64,000 nt of DNA from an uncultured virus (IMG/VR IMGVR_UViG_3300025674_000003) (lineage: Duplodnaviria; Heunggongvirae; Uroviricota; Caudoviricetes; Crassvirales). Below the pieces are notes generated by a model. The model ran no database searches. It was not told where the DNA came from and saw only the letters and a program-made list of their open reading frames with translations. Position numbers and translations under genes: made by a program. Below are positions 1 through 10,081 of this stretch, one piece after another. The first letter of the stretch is position 1; each line of letters begins with the position of its first letter. The DNA lies in IMG/VR virus record IMGVR_UViG_3300025674_000003. One strand, written 5' to 3'.

Positions 1-117
1 CGCATTTTTTTGATGGATCATCAACTCTTCTCCAGTCTTCTTTTTCAAACCAGTCACGTAATGTAGCGCCTTTTTTACGAGCGCCTTTTACATTAGTCTT
101 TGATGATCTTTTATATT
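1..117. repeat. Terminal direct repeat / circular assembly overlap (copy 1)
   Basis: 1-117 is identical to 63884-64000. Confidence 0.97.
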
Positions 118-364
118 TACCTTTAGCGCCAGCGGCTTTTTTAGAGTTAACTAGCTTTTGTCTTTGCTCTTTACTCATGCTTCTTATTTTAGAAGCCGGT
201 AAACAAGTTTTAGTTGTACCGCCACCTTTTTGTTTTTTCTTTTTAACTGGTGAATTTTTTTTACAACTACCTTTACTATATGGATCTTTGCCAGCAACAG
301 CAGAGTAACCAGGCCAACATCTTTTTAATACAGGCGAATTAAAAGGTTGCTTATATCCTTGCAT
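1..364 (-). CDS. Small basic protein spanning the circular junction (MQGYKQPFNSPVLKRCWPGY...LRDWFEKEDWRRVDDPSKKCGE)
   Basis: Translated by hand from ATG 364; continues across the junction to a stop at 63876-63878; not in the ORF track. Confidence 0.8.
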   Translation of the reverse strand, partial: MQGYKQPFNSPVLKRCWPGYSAVAGKDPYSKGSCKKNSPVKKKKQKGGGTTKTCLPASKIRSMSKEQRQKLVNSKKAAGAKGKYKRSSKTNVKGARKKGATLRDWFEKEDWRRVDDPSKKC

Positions 365-519
365 TATTTTTTCTTTTTACCACCAAATTTACTAGGGCCT
401 CCAGCTTTAGTACAGCGCACGCCCCAACCTGAAGCATAAGCACTAGGCCATACTTTAAATTTTCTTTTAGCAGCAGCTTTACACGCTGAACTAATTTTTC
501 TTATTGGTGAACTTGCCAT
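364..519 (-). CDS. 51-aa basic protein (MASSPIRKISSACKAAAKRKFKVWPSAYASGWGVRCTK...)
   Basis: Hand translation; TAATG-type stop/start overlap with both neighbours. Confidence 0.75.
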   Translation of the reverse strand: MASSPIRKISSACKAAAKRKFKVWPSAYASGWGVRCTKAGGPSKFGGKKKK

Positions 520-737
520 TACCCTAATTTAGCTCTTTTAGTTATAGGCATACCAGCTCCACATTCACATGAAGCTTTTAATACTTCTATAGGATCAGCT
601 CCCGAACTACTTCCTGGTTTATGAGCTCTACCAACTTGATCTAATGGTCCGTCCCATATTGCGTTTTCACCTACAACACCTACTTTTGTTCCTGGTTTTA
701 ATCTTTCCATTGATGGATCGTATTTTCTATGATGCAT
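519..737 (-). CDS. Hypothetical protein
   Basis: ORF tightly packed in the late arm. Confidence 0.7.
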   Translation of the reverse strand: MHHRKYDPSMERLKPGTKVGVVGENAIWDGPLDQVGRAHKPGSSSGADPIEVLKASCECGAGMPITKRAKLG

Positions 738-747
738 AATTTTGTTT

Positions 748-1812
748 TTAAATTATTTTTTTATTTTTGTTTTTACCAAAAGGCATTCTAAAACCTATAT
801 TTATACCTCCTTTTTGACTTTGATTTTCATTAAAGTTTTTCTGTCTTTGCTGTAGTCTAGCTACTTTTCTCATTTTACCTTGCTCAGTAGCCTTTGCTAT
901 TCTATCATCAAAAGACTTTGTATTTCTTTTATAAGTACCTAAAAAAGAACTTCTATTAGGATCACTTACTTTAAAAGCATCTTGATTGTCTAAAAAAGAA
1001 TATTTTGAATTTTGAGTATTACCTCCAGTGTTTAAATTTATAGTGTTTTGAGTTCCGCCTGGATTATTTAATGGGTTGCTATATGAACCAGTATTAGCTG
1101 ATGGTTTTGTTGAACTTGTTGGTAAACCAGGTAATGGAACACTACTCGTTGAATTTGATTTAGTGTTATAACTGTTTACACCAGGTGATTGTGTTTGACT
1201 TGCTATCGCTCCTCCTAAATTCATAGCTGTATTATATGCGTCTACTGCATTAAATATTGCTTTTGGATCTATTTTTTGAGCTAAAGGAGATACAGCAGCT
1301 GTTCTTTCTTGTAAATTACCATATATACCTGTGGCTGCATTTTGAGTAGTGTCATTGAAAGGACTAGAATCACCTAATAGCATATTTTGGTTTTCTTGAG
1401 TATTTTGCATCGTGTCATTTATTATAGTTGGTCTACCAGCATCACCATATGTTTTTAGATCAGCTTGTTGTTGTTGATAAGCAAGATTTTCTTGGTACTT
1501 CTTATAACCCATACCCTGCCTATCTAAATCAGTTACATTAGCTTCATCATATCTTATATGATCTGGTTGCTGGAAATATTGTTTGTTTAGATCTTTTCCT
1601 TTATAAACAGGCATACCATATCTATCAACAGCTGTACTAGGTGCTTTACCGCCGTATTTTTGGTAATCTTCAAAAGATACTATATCTTCGTTTCTACCAG
1701 CTATTTTAGCGTTAAGATTTTTTACACCAAAATCTCTATCAAATCTGCTTAGTTCAACCTGTTTTTCTAGTTGAGGATTAAACGAATAAGGCATGCTTGA
1801 TTTAAAACCCAT
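748..1812 (-). CDS. Low-complexity N/Q/S/T-rich protein, possible internal virion protein
   Basis: 354-aa ORF; MGFK N-terminus shared with neighbouring basic proteins. Confidence 0.6.
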   Translation of the reverse strand: MGFKSSMPYSFNPQLEKQVELSRFDRDFGVKNLNAKIAGRNEDIVSFEDYQKYGGKAPSTAVDRYGMPVYKGKDLNKQYFQQPDHIRYDEANVTDLDRQGMGYKKYQENLAYQQQQADLKTYGDAGRPTIINDTMQNTQENQNMLLGDSSPFNDTTQNAATGIYGNLQERTAAVSPLAQKIDPKAIFNAVDAYNTAMNLGGAIASQTQSPGVNSYNTKSNSTSSVPLPGLPTSSTKPSANTGSYSNPLNNPGGTQNTINLNTGGNTQNSKYSFLDNQDAFKVSDPNRSSFLGTYKRNTKSFDDRIAKATEQGKMRKVARLQQRQKNFNENQSQKGGINIGFRMPFGKNKNKKII

Positions 1813-1813
1813 T

Positions 1814-2260
1814 TTATCTATATTTATCTTTATTTACGTTATATATAGCTTTTGTTAAAACTTTATCACTATATGATTTACACTTTATAACAGTGTTTCT
1901 TCTTTCGCTAGTTGGTATGTTTTCTTCACCTAGCATTATTTTGTAAATTCTATTTATTAACTGTTTAAACTTAAAAGAAACTTTATATATGTTATATTTT
2001 TGAGTAGTTCTATTTCTATTTCTCCAAACAACAATCCAATTGTTTTTTATTAACTTATTCCATCTTCTATTATTCCAACTAAAGGAATAACTACCTTCTA
2101 TAAAATCTTTTTTAGTAAAATATTCTATAGCATCTAAATATACAAGCAGCTCTAATTCAGCATCTGTTAAGTCGTTGTTTTTACAAGCCCATTTGCGTAT
2201 TATACGGTAATGTTTTAGCAGGTTTAATTCTTTTAAATCTTCTGCATCAAGCTTTCTCAT
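1814..2260 (-). CDS. Basic hypothetical protein, possible winged-helix DNA-binding protein
   Basis: LTDAELELLVYL helix followed by a WIVVW...YKVS strand pattern. Confidence 0.5.
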   Translation of the reverse strand: MRKLDAEDLKELNLLKHYRIIRKWACKNNDLTDAELELLVYLDAIEYFTKKDFIEGSYSFSWNNRRWNKLIKNNWIVVWRNRNRTTQKYNIYKVSFKFKQLINRIYKIMLGEENIPTSERRNTVIKCKSYSDKVLTKAIYNVNKDKYR

Positions 2261-2517
2261 AAAACAACGACCACGTCTTGTATTTTTATAACGTGATATA
2301 TATTTTTTTCATATTCTATTTTATGACCAGCGTGTCGATCATATAATATAACATCATTTTTATTTAGACCTTGTATTTCATCGCCAACAGAGTAAACTGT
2401 AGCCTGAACATATCTAATGTCATCTCTATGGTTTTCAGCTAATAACAAACCACCTTTTGTTTTAGTAGTTCCTTCCTTAAGCTTTTTAATAATAATGTTT
2501 CTACCTACCGCCTTCAT
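2257..2517 (-). CDS. groES: Co-chaperonin GroES (Cpn10)
   Basis: TKGGLLL mobile loop, VYSVGDE, DVILY, IQDVVVVL; adjacent to groEL. Confidence 0.9.
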   Translation of the reverse strand: MKAVGRNIIIKKLKEGTTKTKGGLLLAENHRDDIRYVQATVYSVGDEIQGLNKNDVILYDRHAGHKIEYEKNIYHVIKIQDVVVVL

Positions 2518-4054
2518 CTACTCTTAAATTATTTATTACACAATCAGTAGATAATATAGTAGTTGCTACAGAAGCCGCGTTTTTTAAAGCGCTTTTAGTA
2601 ACTAAGACAGGATCAATAATTCCTTGTTTAGTCATATTTACCATACTTCCTGTAACTACATCTAAACCAAAACCTTTCTTATTAAAAATTTCAAATTTTA
2701 GTCCAGCATTTTTTAGTATTGTTTTATAAGGGGCTGTTATAGCTTTTATTAATACTTCTTCAGCTTTATTTTTACTTTTTAAATAAAGAGAAGCATTTAG
2801 TAAAGCAACACCTCCGCCTGGTACAATACCTTCTTTGACAGCGGCTTTTGTAGCACAGATAGCGTCTTCGACTCTATCCATTTTTTCTTTTAACTCTATT
2901 TCAGAATTAGCACCAACTTTTACAACTGCTATTTTAGCAGAAAGCATTGCTAATCTTTTTTCTAAACTTATTATCTTATCAGGTATTTTACAAGTTAAAA
3001 GTTGCTTTTTTATTTTATTTGTAATATTTAAACAATCTTCATTTTGTTTTTCAAATTGAAGTATTGTATCTGTTTCGCTTGTTATTGATTTTAAGCAAGA
3101 ACCAAGATGATCAATTTGAATTAAATCCATGTCATCTCCAAGATCTTCATTTATTAATGTAGCTCCCGTTAGCAAAGCTAAATCATCAAGCATTTGTTTT
3201 CTATTAACCCCTAAAACAGGAGCGTTTATTACATTTACTTTTATGTTACCTTTTGTTTTATTCATTGCTAAAGCAGATAAAACTTCATTACTTAAATCTG
3301 CAATTATTAATAATGGTTTATTATTTTTAATAACATATTCTAAAACAGACTGTATTTGTCTTATACTTTCTACGTTATTCTCTATTAATAAAACTAAAGG
3401 ATTATTTAATTCAGCTGTATTTTTAATTTTATTTGTAACAAAATGAGGACTTGTTAAACCTTTAAAGTATTGAGCACCTTCTATAATTTCTAATTCTGTT
3501 TGACCAGACTCAGACTGCTCCATCATAACAACACCAGTGTTTTCAACTGAATTAAAAGCTTTTCCTATTAAATTTCCTAGCTCTTTGTCGTTATTTGTTG
3601 ATATTGTAGCTATTTGATTTATCATATTACCTTTTACTGGTAATGATATATCATCTAAATATTGTATTACTTTATCAACAGTATTGTTTATACCTTTTTT
3701 TAATTCTCTATTGTTTATACTAGAATCTATTTTATCAGCTTCTTCTAATATCGCATGAGCTAAAACGGTTGCGGTTGTAGTACCATCACCCGCTTCTTTT
3801 ACTGTTTTTTTTGCAGCTTGTTTTAACAAGTTGCACCCTAAGTTTTCTATTGGGTTTCTAAGTACTACACTTTCCGCTACTGTTACACCGTCTTTTGTTA
3901 TTGTTGGGTTTCCAAAGTTATCTTCTAGCAAAACACAACTTCCTCCAGCTCCAAGAGTTGAACTAACTGCTTTAGCTAATTTTTCTATACCTTTAAAAAC
4001 CTCTTTTTTAGCTTCGTGCCCAAAGCTTAGATTTTTAACTATGTTATCTGACAT
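2501..4054 (-). CDS. groEL: Chaperonin GroEL (Cpn60), lacking the GGM tail
   Basis: TITKDGVTVA, AGDGTTTATVLA, GIVPGGGVAL, GIIDPVLV motifs. Confidence 0.97.
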   Translation of the reverse strand: MSDNIVKNLSFGHEAKKEVFKGIEKLAKAVSSTLGAGGSCVLLEDNFGNPTITKDGVTVAESVVLRNPIENLGCNLLKQAAKKTVKEAGDGTTTATVLAHAILEEADKIDSSINNRELKKGINNTVDKVIQYLDDISLPVKGNMINQIATISTNNDKELGNLIGKAFNSVENTGVVMMEQSESGQTELEIIEGAQYFKGLTSPHFVTNKIKNTAELNNPLVLLIENNVESIRQIQSVLEYVIKNNKPLLIIADLSNEVLSALAMNKTKGNIKVNVINAPVLGVNRKQMLDDLALLTGATLINEDLGDDMDLIQIDHLGSCLKSITSETDTILQFEKQNEDCLNITNKIKKQLLTCKIPDKIISLEKRLAMLSAKIAVVKVGANSEIELKEKMDRVEDAICATKAAVKEGIVPGGGVALLNASLYLKSKNKAEEVLIKAITAPYKTILKNAGLKFEIFNKKGFGLDVVTGSMVNMTKQGIIDPVLVTKSALKNAASVATTILSTDCVINNLRVDEGGR

Positions 4055-4093
4055 ATTGTATTATATTAAATTATATTAAATTTTTATTTATTT

Positions 4094-4384
4094 TTATTCA
4101 AAAGTCTTAACAACTTTAGGGCCGTTTGCAAAATCTATTTTTTTTAAATAATGCTCTATTGTTTTATCTATAGATGTTTCAGCCGCTTCAATTGTTTCAC
4201 GCCTTGTAACATCAACCCATTCGTCGTCTTTACGCATGTCTTTGTATTCAGTCTGGTAATATCCATTTTGTAACTGAACAATTCTCCAGTTTGCTTTATT
4301 TGCAATATGGTTCCATAATTTTAAATGGTTTTTGTTTGGTTGTGGTTGACTACTCCACGAATTAGTCGAATAATAAACTGTCAT
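4094..4384 (-). CDS. Hypothetical protein
   Basis: 96-aa ORF just downstream of a late-promoter-like motif. Confidence 0.7.
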   Translation of the reverse strand: MTVYYSTNSWSSQPQPNKNHLKLWNHIANKANWRIVQLQNGYYQTEYKDMRKDDEWVDVTRRETIEAAETSIDKTIEHYLKKIDFANGPKVVKTFE

Positions 4385-4432
4385 TGGTTTTGGTTTTTAA
4401 TTAATATTTGGTTACGCTCTTTACCGAGCAGG

Positions 4433-4460
4433 TATATATTTATTATTACTTGTTTTTCTT
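4433..4460 (-). promoter_or_regulatory. Putative late promoter (AAGAAAAACAAGTAATAATAAATATATA)
   Basis: One of five intergenic minus-strand copies of A-tract + AWGTAA + AT-rich motif. Confidence 0.45.
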
Positions 4461-4465
4461 TATTT

Positions 4466-4735
4466 TTACTCTTCTCTTAGCTCTTCTCTTATTTCATCTT
4501 TTATTCTAGTTATATTTCCATATAAACTAGTTTTAATAAAACTTATATAATCTTCGTCTCTTATTTCAGGAAAACCTATAAATTCACCGTGTATTTCTTC
4601 AGGTGTTGAGTTTAACCAACCAGATCTATTAGCTACTCTTCCGTAACCCCATCCAGTTAAAACCCATTGTATTTCATATCTAAAATTTTTACCTTCACGT
4701 ATTGTATTGCAATTATAACCCCATCTAAATTCCAT
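4466..4735 (-). CDS. Hypothetical protein
   Basis: 89-aa ORF. Confidence 0.6.
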   Translation of the reverse strand: MEFRWGYNCNTIREGKNFRYEIQWVLTGWGYGRVANRSGWLNSTPEEIHGEFIGFPEIRDEDYISFIKTSLYGNITRIKDEIREELREE

Positions 4736-4741
4736 AATATA

Positions 4742-5182
4742 TTATTTTACTGTTTTTAACAAACCATCTTCAAATGTCCAGGTTTCTTTGCCAACTGTTT
4801 TTTGACCTTTAAATCCACTTACAGAAGCATTACTACCAGCTGGTCCTGTAGCGCCAGTGTCACCTTTATCACCTTTATCACCTTTATCACCTTTATCACC
4901 TTTTGACGCGGCGCTTGATGAGTCTTTACCAAAAGCATCTTTTACAAAAGCATGTAATTCTTCTATGTCTTGCCTCATATTTTCTATTTCTTTTAAAAGA
5001 TATATTGACTTAGAATAGTTTTCATGATCATTTAAAAGTTCTGTTATATCTGATACTGCAGCTATTTCTGAAGCTACACTTGAGGGTACAACAATCTCAC
5101 CGTTAGAGTCTTTATAAGCTTTTGTTGTGTTACCACTTTTATAAAGCTTTTTTGTTCTTATATTATCGTTTATATTAGCCAT
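4742..5182 (-). CDS. Collagen-like (Gly-X-Y) tail-fibre-associated protein
   Basis: GDKGDKGDKGDKGDTGATGPAG; ATG 5182 preferred over the overlapping 5203 start. Confidence 0.65.
   Translation of the reverse strand: MANINDNIRTKKLYKSGNTTKAYKDSNGEIVVPSSVASEIAAVSDITELLNDHENYSKSIYLLKEIENMRQDIEELHAFVKDAFGKDSSSAASKGDKGDKGDKGDKGDTGATGPAGSNASVSGFKGQKTVGKETWTFEDGLLKTVK
4861..4902. repeat. 9-bp tandem repeat (cacctttat)n encoding GDK collagen triplets
   Basis: Visible tandem cacctttat units. Confidence 0.85.
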
Positions 5183-5183
5183 A

Positions 5184-6323
5184 TTAAGAAATTGAATATT
5201 CAAGAACTATAGTTACTGCGCCTCCGCCCATAGTTCTAGATTGAGTTCCAAAAGCATCACTCGTTTGCATTGCTATCCTAAGTAGATCACCTTCATTAAA
5301 AGTAAAATCATTGTTACCAAAATTATACTCAGCCTGCATGTTTGTGGTAGCTCCATTAGATACAGTAGCTTGATATTGAGTAGATGATAATGTTCCGTTT
5401 ACTTGTTTTTTAAACCTAACATTCGTGGCTGTAGGAGTTGCGCCTCCAGAGTGCCTTACATGAATTTTTTTAACTCTACCATCATAAGGCGCTACAAAAG
5501 CATTATAGTATTGATTGGAATTACCTGTTTGGACAGTGTTAAAAGGAACATAATTAAAGTCTGCAGATGCAGCTTTTTCGTGAACAATTGTATTAATTGT
5601 GTTTTTAATATAACCCCTATAAGCATCTGTTGCAGCGTTTGATTTAACATAACCACCCACAGTTGTATTATCGCTAATTGTTATCTCGCCGTTAGCGTCA
5701 TCAACATTAATATTAACACCATTTGTACCACCTGCCATCAAAGTTATTTCATCGTTTTCTGAATAAACCTTATTATTTCCACTTACAGAAATATCACCAA
5801 CCATTCTAAGTTTTGATGCAGATAGAGATAATCTTTGAGTACCAGATATAGACCATCTAATTTCTTCTGGACTATAATTAAAATACATACCGGTAGTACT
5901 TCTTCCGCTGAAATAATAAACAGGCGCTGAACTGCTCCCTTGACTTGAAGTGCTATATCTACTTGATATACCACAATTACCTGACCCAGTAATATTACCT
6001 TGAACACTTATATTTGTTGTCCAACTAGTAGGAGCACCAAAATAAACAGTTGCACCATTAGCTCCACCAATGTATAAATTACCAGAAGAACTATTTGGAT
6101 ACAAATCTATACTACCTCTATAAACACCATTATTATAAAAAAATATACTATCTGGACCTATTTCTGTATAAGTTTGACCATTACTTCCCCCTGCTCTAAC
6201 TACTCCATTTGCATGAAATGTTGTGGCTGGTGAAGCTATATTAACACCTACTCTAGAATTAGATGTATCTGTAGTTAATATGTTTGATTGGACTTCTACG
6301 TCACAATAATAGTTAATAGGCAT
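5184..6323 (-). CDS. Tail fibre / receptor-binding-like protein
   Basis: RVGVNIASPATTFHANG fibre repeat; G/S/N/T-rich; beta-rich C-terminal domain. Confidence 0.65.
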   Translation of the reverse strand: MPINYYCDVEVQSNILTTDTSNSRVGVNIASPATTFHANGVVRAGGSNGQTYTEIGPDSIFFYNNGVYRGSIDLYPNSSSGNLYIGGANGATVYFGAPTSWTTNISVQGNITGSGNCGISSRYSTSSQGSSSAPVYYFSGRSTTGMYFNYSPEEIRWSISGTQRLSLSASKLRMVGDISVSGNNKVYSENDEITLMAGGTNGVNINVDDANGEITISDNTTVGGYVKSNAATDAYRGYIKNTINTIVHEKAASADFNYVPFNTVQTGNSNQYYNAFVAPYDGRVKKIHVRHSGGATPTATNVRFKKQVNGTLSSTQYQATVSNGATTNMQAEYNFGNNDFTFNEGDLLRIAMQTSDAFGTQSRTMGGGAVTIVLEYSIS

Positions 6324-6340
6324 AAATATTAAATTTTATT

Positions 6341-6373
6341 AAAACCCTCCTAAATTAATAGGAGGGATTTTTT
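6341..6373. terminator. Intrinsic terminator-like hairpin
   Basis: CCCTCCTA-aattaa-TAGGAGGG flanked by A and T tracts. Confidence 0.7.
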
Positions 6374-6376
6374 GTT

Positions 6377-8845
6377 TTACTCGTTAGTTACTCTTGATAC
6401 AAGAACTCTTACGTCTTGACCAACAGCGCTATCAAATGTTATTGATAAAGCATTTGTACTAGTTCTGTCAACACAAGCATAAATTGTTTCTTTACTTGTA
6501 TCGCCATAAAGCTGTACAATTACATCGTAAGATCCTAAATTGTGAGTTACAGTTTCAGAACCAGCAGATGGACTTGTTAAAGTAGTAGCAAAAGATTGAG
6601 TATCAGTTATGTAATCTTTAAGTTCTCTTAGTGATACTCTTTTGTTTTGCGGAACACTTTCATCATAGAATGGGAATTCATCTGCATCATCTAAGTTAGA
6701 AGCATTTCCAATACTAGTTAAACCAGCAATGTTAAGTCCTACTTTTGGTATTGGACCAGTACTGTCAGCTACATTAATACCTAATAAACCGTTTGATGTA
6801 GAAGCTTGAACAGCAGTTACATCACCTTGTGGTATTGTTGGGAATGTTTGTAAAGAACCTGTACCATCAACATATTGTGATGATGTTCCAGCGCCTGTAA
6901 ATGCTAAAGTTCCAGAACCTGTTACTGGTGAACCAGATACACTAAACGCGGCTGGTGCTGATAAACCAACACTTGTAACACCTGTAACTACACTTGATGG
7001 TGCAAAAGGTAAATCTGAAACTAAACCTCTTTTAACAGCGTCACTAGCTGAAGAGTCTGCATACATAATAAGATCACCTGTAGCTATTGAAGTACCTTCA
7101 GCATTAGCAGCTTTAACTACAACGTTGTTTGTACCTGTATATTGTACGTTTACTTCTGGCGTTGCTGTAGATCCGTCATCTATTCTAATACCATCACCAG
7201 CATCAATACCAGTTACATCTCCAGCAGGAACAGTAACCCAACTACCAGTACCATCTAAATACTTACCAGCAGAACCACCACTTGGAACAATACCTAGTGT
7301 AGAACCACCGCCGTATATATCTGCAGAAACCCAACCGTTAGATGTTACACTAAAGTGCGCTGAGTTGAAACCAGCTACACCTTTTACAGTTGCGCCATCA
7401 GTAGAACCTTCTCCAGCTATACTTTGTCCTGATTGAACAATTGTATAATCTGAAGCGCTCGGTGTTGAACCTGCTGCGATTGCATTATTTGCAAATATTA
7501 AATCTCCAACTTCTACTACAGTTCCTAAAAATGAAGTGTTGTTTGAATCTGTTACAGCGTAGTAATCACCTTGATCTAAAGCTACATTACTTGAACCAGT
7601 TAAAGCTGGACTATTAGTTATAGCATTATATCCACCTTGAAATACTCCAACTCCAGCAGCTATAGATTGAACTTGTGCTAAGTTAACACCGTCTGTACCT
7701 GCAGTACCAGTTGCTACATCTAATAGTTTGTTTCCACCAAAGTCTACATCTGCTTCTGCATCACCAAATTGATTTAAATGAATATCATCTATATCAATTT
7801 TTTTGTTACCAGAACTATTTACAATAAGCTCTGCGGTCGCAGCAACTGATGTAACTGTGGTTATTTCGTTAAGATCTAAGTTAATGTTTACTGTTCTACC
7901 ACTTTCTACAGTATCGATACCTTCTTTACCAGCTACTGAATTACCAGCAATTGTAGCAGTTTGACCAGATGATACTGTTGATGAACCTGAATCACCAGCT
8001 ATTGTCCATGATCCGTAATTATCACCACCAATGTATGTTTTTAATTGAGATAAGTTTGCGTATTTAACACCATCGTCTGTAGCATCAGAGAATATAATGT
8101 CATCTGCATCAGCTAAAGTAACACTAGTACCATCAGCTGCAGATAAAATTACGTTATCAGTTCCTGCATAATCAACAGCTACATTAGTGCTATTAATCTG
8201 TATACCAGCTCCTGAGCCAATTGCTAGGGTTACCGATGTATTTCCTGATTGGTTAGCAGTAAAAGTAAAGTTACTTCCAGATAAACCATTACCAGCTGTA
8301 ACAGATAATGTTCCGTTATTAACAGTTGGTATAGTTGGGAAAGTAACTAAATCACCTGCTCCATCTACATATTGTGAACTTGTACCATCAAAAGATAATG
8401 TTAATGTTCCATTAGATGTTATTGTATTACCTGAAGTTGCATCACCATCTGAAGCTAAAGTTATACTAGTAATACCTACATCAGAAGGTACTGCCCAAGT
8501 ATTATCTTTTGTTAAGAATCTAGTTCCAGCAGATGCAGTTCCATCAACCGCGCTAAGATCTATTGTACCCATGTTTACCGCACCAGTAGCTGATGAGTTA
8601 GCTGTTCCAGTTACATAAGTTCCAAACGCATTAGTAAATGATGTTACACCACCAGCAGACGCTAATGATACCCAACCAGCTCCTGTATACAATCTTAATA
8701 CATCACTTGTTGTGTTATAGTAGATTTGTCCTTCTACCCCGGATGGATCAGAACCAAGATTTTCTATTCTTGGTTTGACCAGTTGATTTTGGTTTAAATC
8801 AATTGATGCGAGCATGTCCAACCCGCAGTAGTACTTAATTGCCAT
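6377..8845 (-). CDS. Tail fibre / virion structural protein
   Basis: 822 aa, G/S/T/D-rich; EGQIYYNTT, repeated SSQYVDG motifs, VTHNLGS...VQLY C-terminus. Confidence 0.7.
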   Translation of the reverse strand: MAIKYYCGLDMLASIDLNQNQLVKPRIENLGSDPSGVEGQIYYNTTSDVLRLYTGAGWVSLASAGGVTSFTNAFGTYVTGTANSSATGAVNMGTIDLSAVDGTASAGTRFLTKDNTWAVPSDVGITSITLASDGDATSGNTITSNGTLTLSFDGTSSQYVDGAGDLVTFPTIPTVNNGTLSVTAGNGLSGSNFTFTANQSGNTSVTLAIGSGAGIQINSTNVAVDYAGTDNVILSAADGTSVTLADADDIIFSDATDDGVKYANLSQLKTYIGGDNYGSWTIAGDSGSSTVSSGQTATIAGNSVAGKEGIDTVESGRTVNINLDLNEITTVTSVAATAELIVNSSGNKKIDIDDIHLNQFGDAEADVDFGGNKLLDVATGTAGTDGVNLAQVQSIAAGVGVFQGGYNAITNSPALTGSSNVALDQGDYYAVTDSNNTSFLGTVVEVGDLIFANNAIAAGSTPSASDYTIVQSGQSIAGEGSTDGATVKGVAGFNSAHFSVTSNGWVSADIYGGGSTLGIVPSGGSAGKYLDGTGSWVTVPAGDVTGIDAGDGIRIDDGSTATPEVNVQYTGTNNVVVKAANAEGTSIATGDLIMYADSSASDAVKRGLVSDLPFAPSSVVTGVTSVGLSAPAAFSVSGSPVTGSGTLAFTGAGTSSQYVDGTGSLQTFPTIPQGDVTAVQASTSNGLLGINVADSTGPIPKVGLNIAGLTSIGNASNLDDADEFPFYDESVPQNKRVSLRELKDYITDTQSFATTLTSPSAGSETVTHNLGSYDVIVQLYGDTSKETIYACVDRTSTNALSITFDSAVGQDVRVLVSRVTNE

Positions 8846-8867
8846 TTTTTAAATGTTTTAGTTATTG

Positions 8868-9575
8868 TTAGTTTAAATATGATTTGCCCGACGCTTGCTC
8901 GTCGAAATTGACGTGTATTACAGTATCGTTGATATAATCAACGCATCCGTAAATCACATCGTCTTGCGTGTCTACGGTCGTCACTGAAGGTCTTGTCTTA
9001 CCTGTTGTATTATTAATAACCCACTGAGTAGACATTACATTGAACTCTTGTACAACTGTCTGACCTGTGCCATCATTAATATTAAATTGTATAATTGTAT
9101 ATTGTGTTCCTTGTGGAGCTATATTACCATTACCACCGATATATGTTAATGTTGCTATATAATAACTAGGATTACTTGGATCCACAGCGTAAGTGTTTAA
9201 TGTAAAATGACCAAAATTACTAATTTCTGTACCTTGGCCTAATAATATATCTTTACCTGTTATATACTCTAAAAACTTAACTACATTTTGTCCATTTAAT
9301 TCTGTTATAGATAAATGTATTGTAGTTAGTGCACTAATAGCGCTGCCAGATCCACCACCATTAGCTCTTGATATTGTTCCAGCCCCACCATTTTCGGTGT
9401 CTGACCATTTAAAAGACATTTGTCCACCAATATTTACTTTGGCATTAATGTTTAAATAGTTTGCTACTGCAGAAGCAGTGAATTGTTTTGTTTGTCTATT
9501 TACTGCATCCGTTCCAATCCAAGCGTCATTGTCTGTGACGTTTTTATCGAAAGGATAAGAACTTATTCTTGCCAT
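8868..9575 (-). CDS. Virion structural protein
   Basis: MARISSYP start; C-terminus (YGCVDY) resembles that of 6377-8845 (YACVDR). Confidence 0.6.
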   Translation of the reverse strand: MARISSYPFDKNVTDNDAWIGTDAVNRQTKQFTASAVANYLNINAKVNIGGQMSFKWSDTENGGAGTISRANGGGSGSAISALTTIHLSITELNGQNVVKFLEYITGKDILLGQGTEISNFGHFTLNTYAVDPSNPSYYIATLTYIGGNGNIAPQGTQYTIIQFNINDGTGQTVVQEFNVMSTQWVINNTTGKTRPSVTTVDTQDDVIYGCVDYINDTVIHVNFDEQASGKSYLN

Positions 9576-9581
9576 TTGTTA

Positions 9582-10073
9582 TTAGTATATTCTTATTTCA
9601 ATCATTCCATTCTGAACATCATCTACGAAACTAGAGTCAGCATTATCTTGATTTGTAATTCTTACATAGTTAGGTCCAGCTATTTTAACGCTAAGAGATT
9701 TAGTTCCAGTAGATGCGGGTGTAGATTGCGCGTTGTCTTCCCAAGAAGAAACATTTACATAAACATTGTCTTTAATAGCAGCATCAGGAGTAAAATCATA
9801 AATACCAACACCAGCTTTAGTCCATGTCCATGTTAATCCTGTTGTATTTTGCAGTACGTTAGTTGATATTGGAACTCCAGTAGCACCTGATTGAGTCCAT
9901 CTAGCTACATATGTTGTATAAGCAGCGGTAGGATTAGCAAATCCTGCTATATCTGAAACTGAAAAGTTTTTTGTAACATTTTGTTCGTTAGTATCAGGCG
10001 TAGCTACACTAGTACCTAGTAGTAAGTCTGATTTTTTTGGTACACCTGTTGGATATGAGGTTAAATTAGCCAT
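9582..10073 (-). CDS. Virion structural protein
   Basis: MANLTSYP start paralogous to the neighbour; IEIRIY C-terminal strand. Confidence 0.6.
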   Translation of the reverse strand: MANLTSYPTGVPKKSDLLLGTSVATPDTNEQNVTKNFSVSDIAGFANPTAAYTTYVARWTQSGATGVPISTNVLQNTTGLTWTWTKAGVGIYDFTPDAAIKDNVYVNVSSWEDNAQSTPASTGTKSLSVKIAGPNYVRITNQDNADSSFVDDVQNGMIEIRIY

Positions 10074-10081
10074 TTTTTTTA

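Noticed and set aside
2835..9836. Plus-strand ORFs opposite groEL and tail-fibre genes
   Set aside because: Antisense shadows of well-supported minus-strand genes
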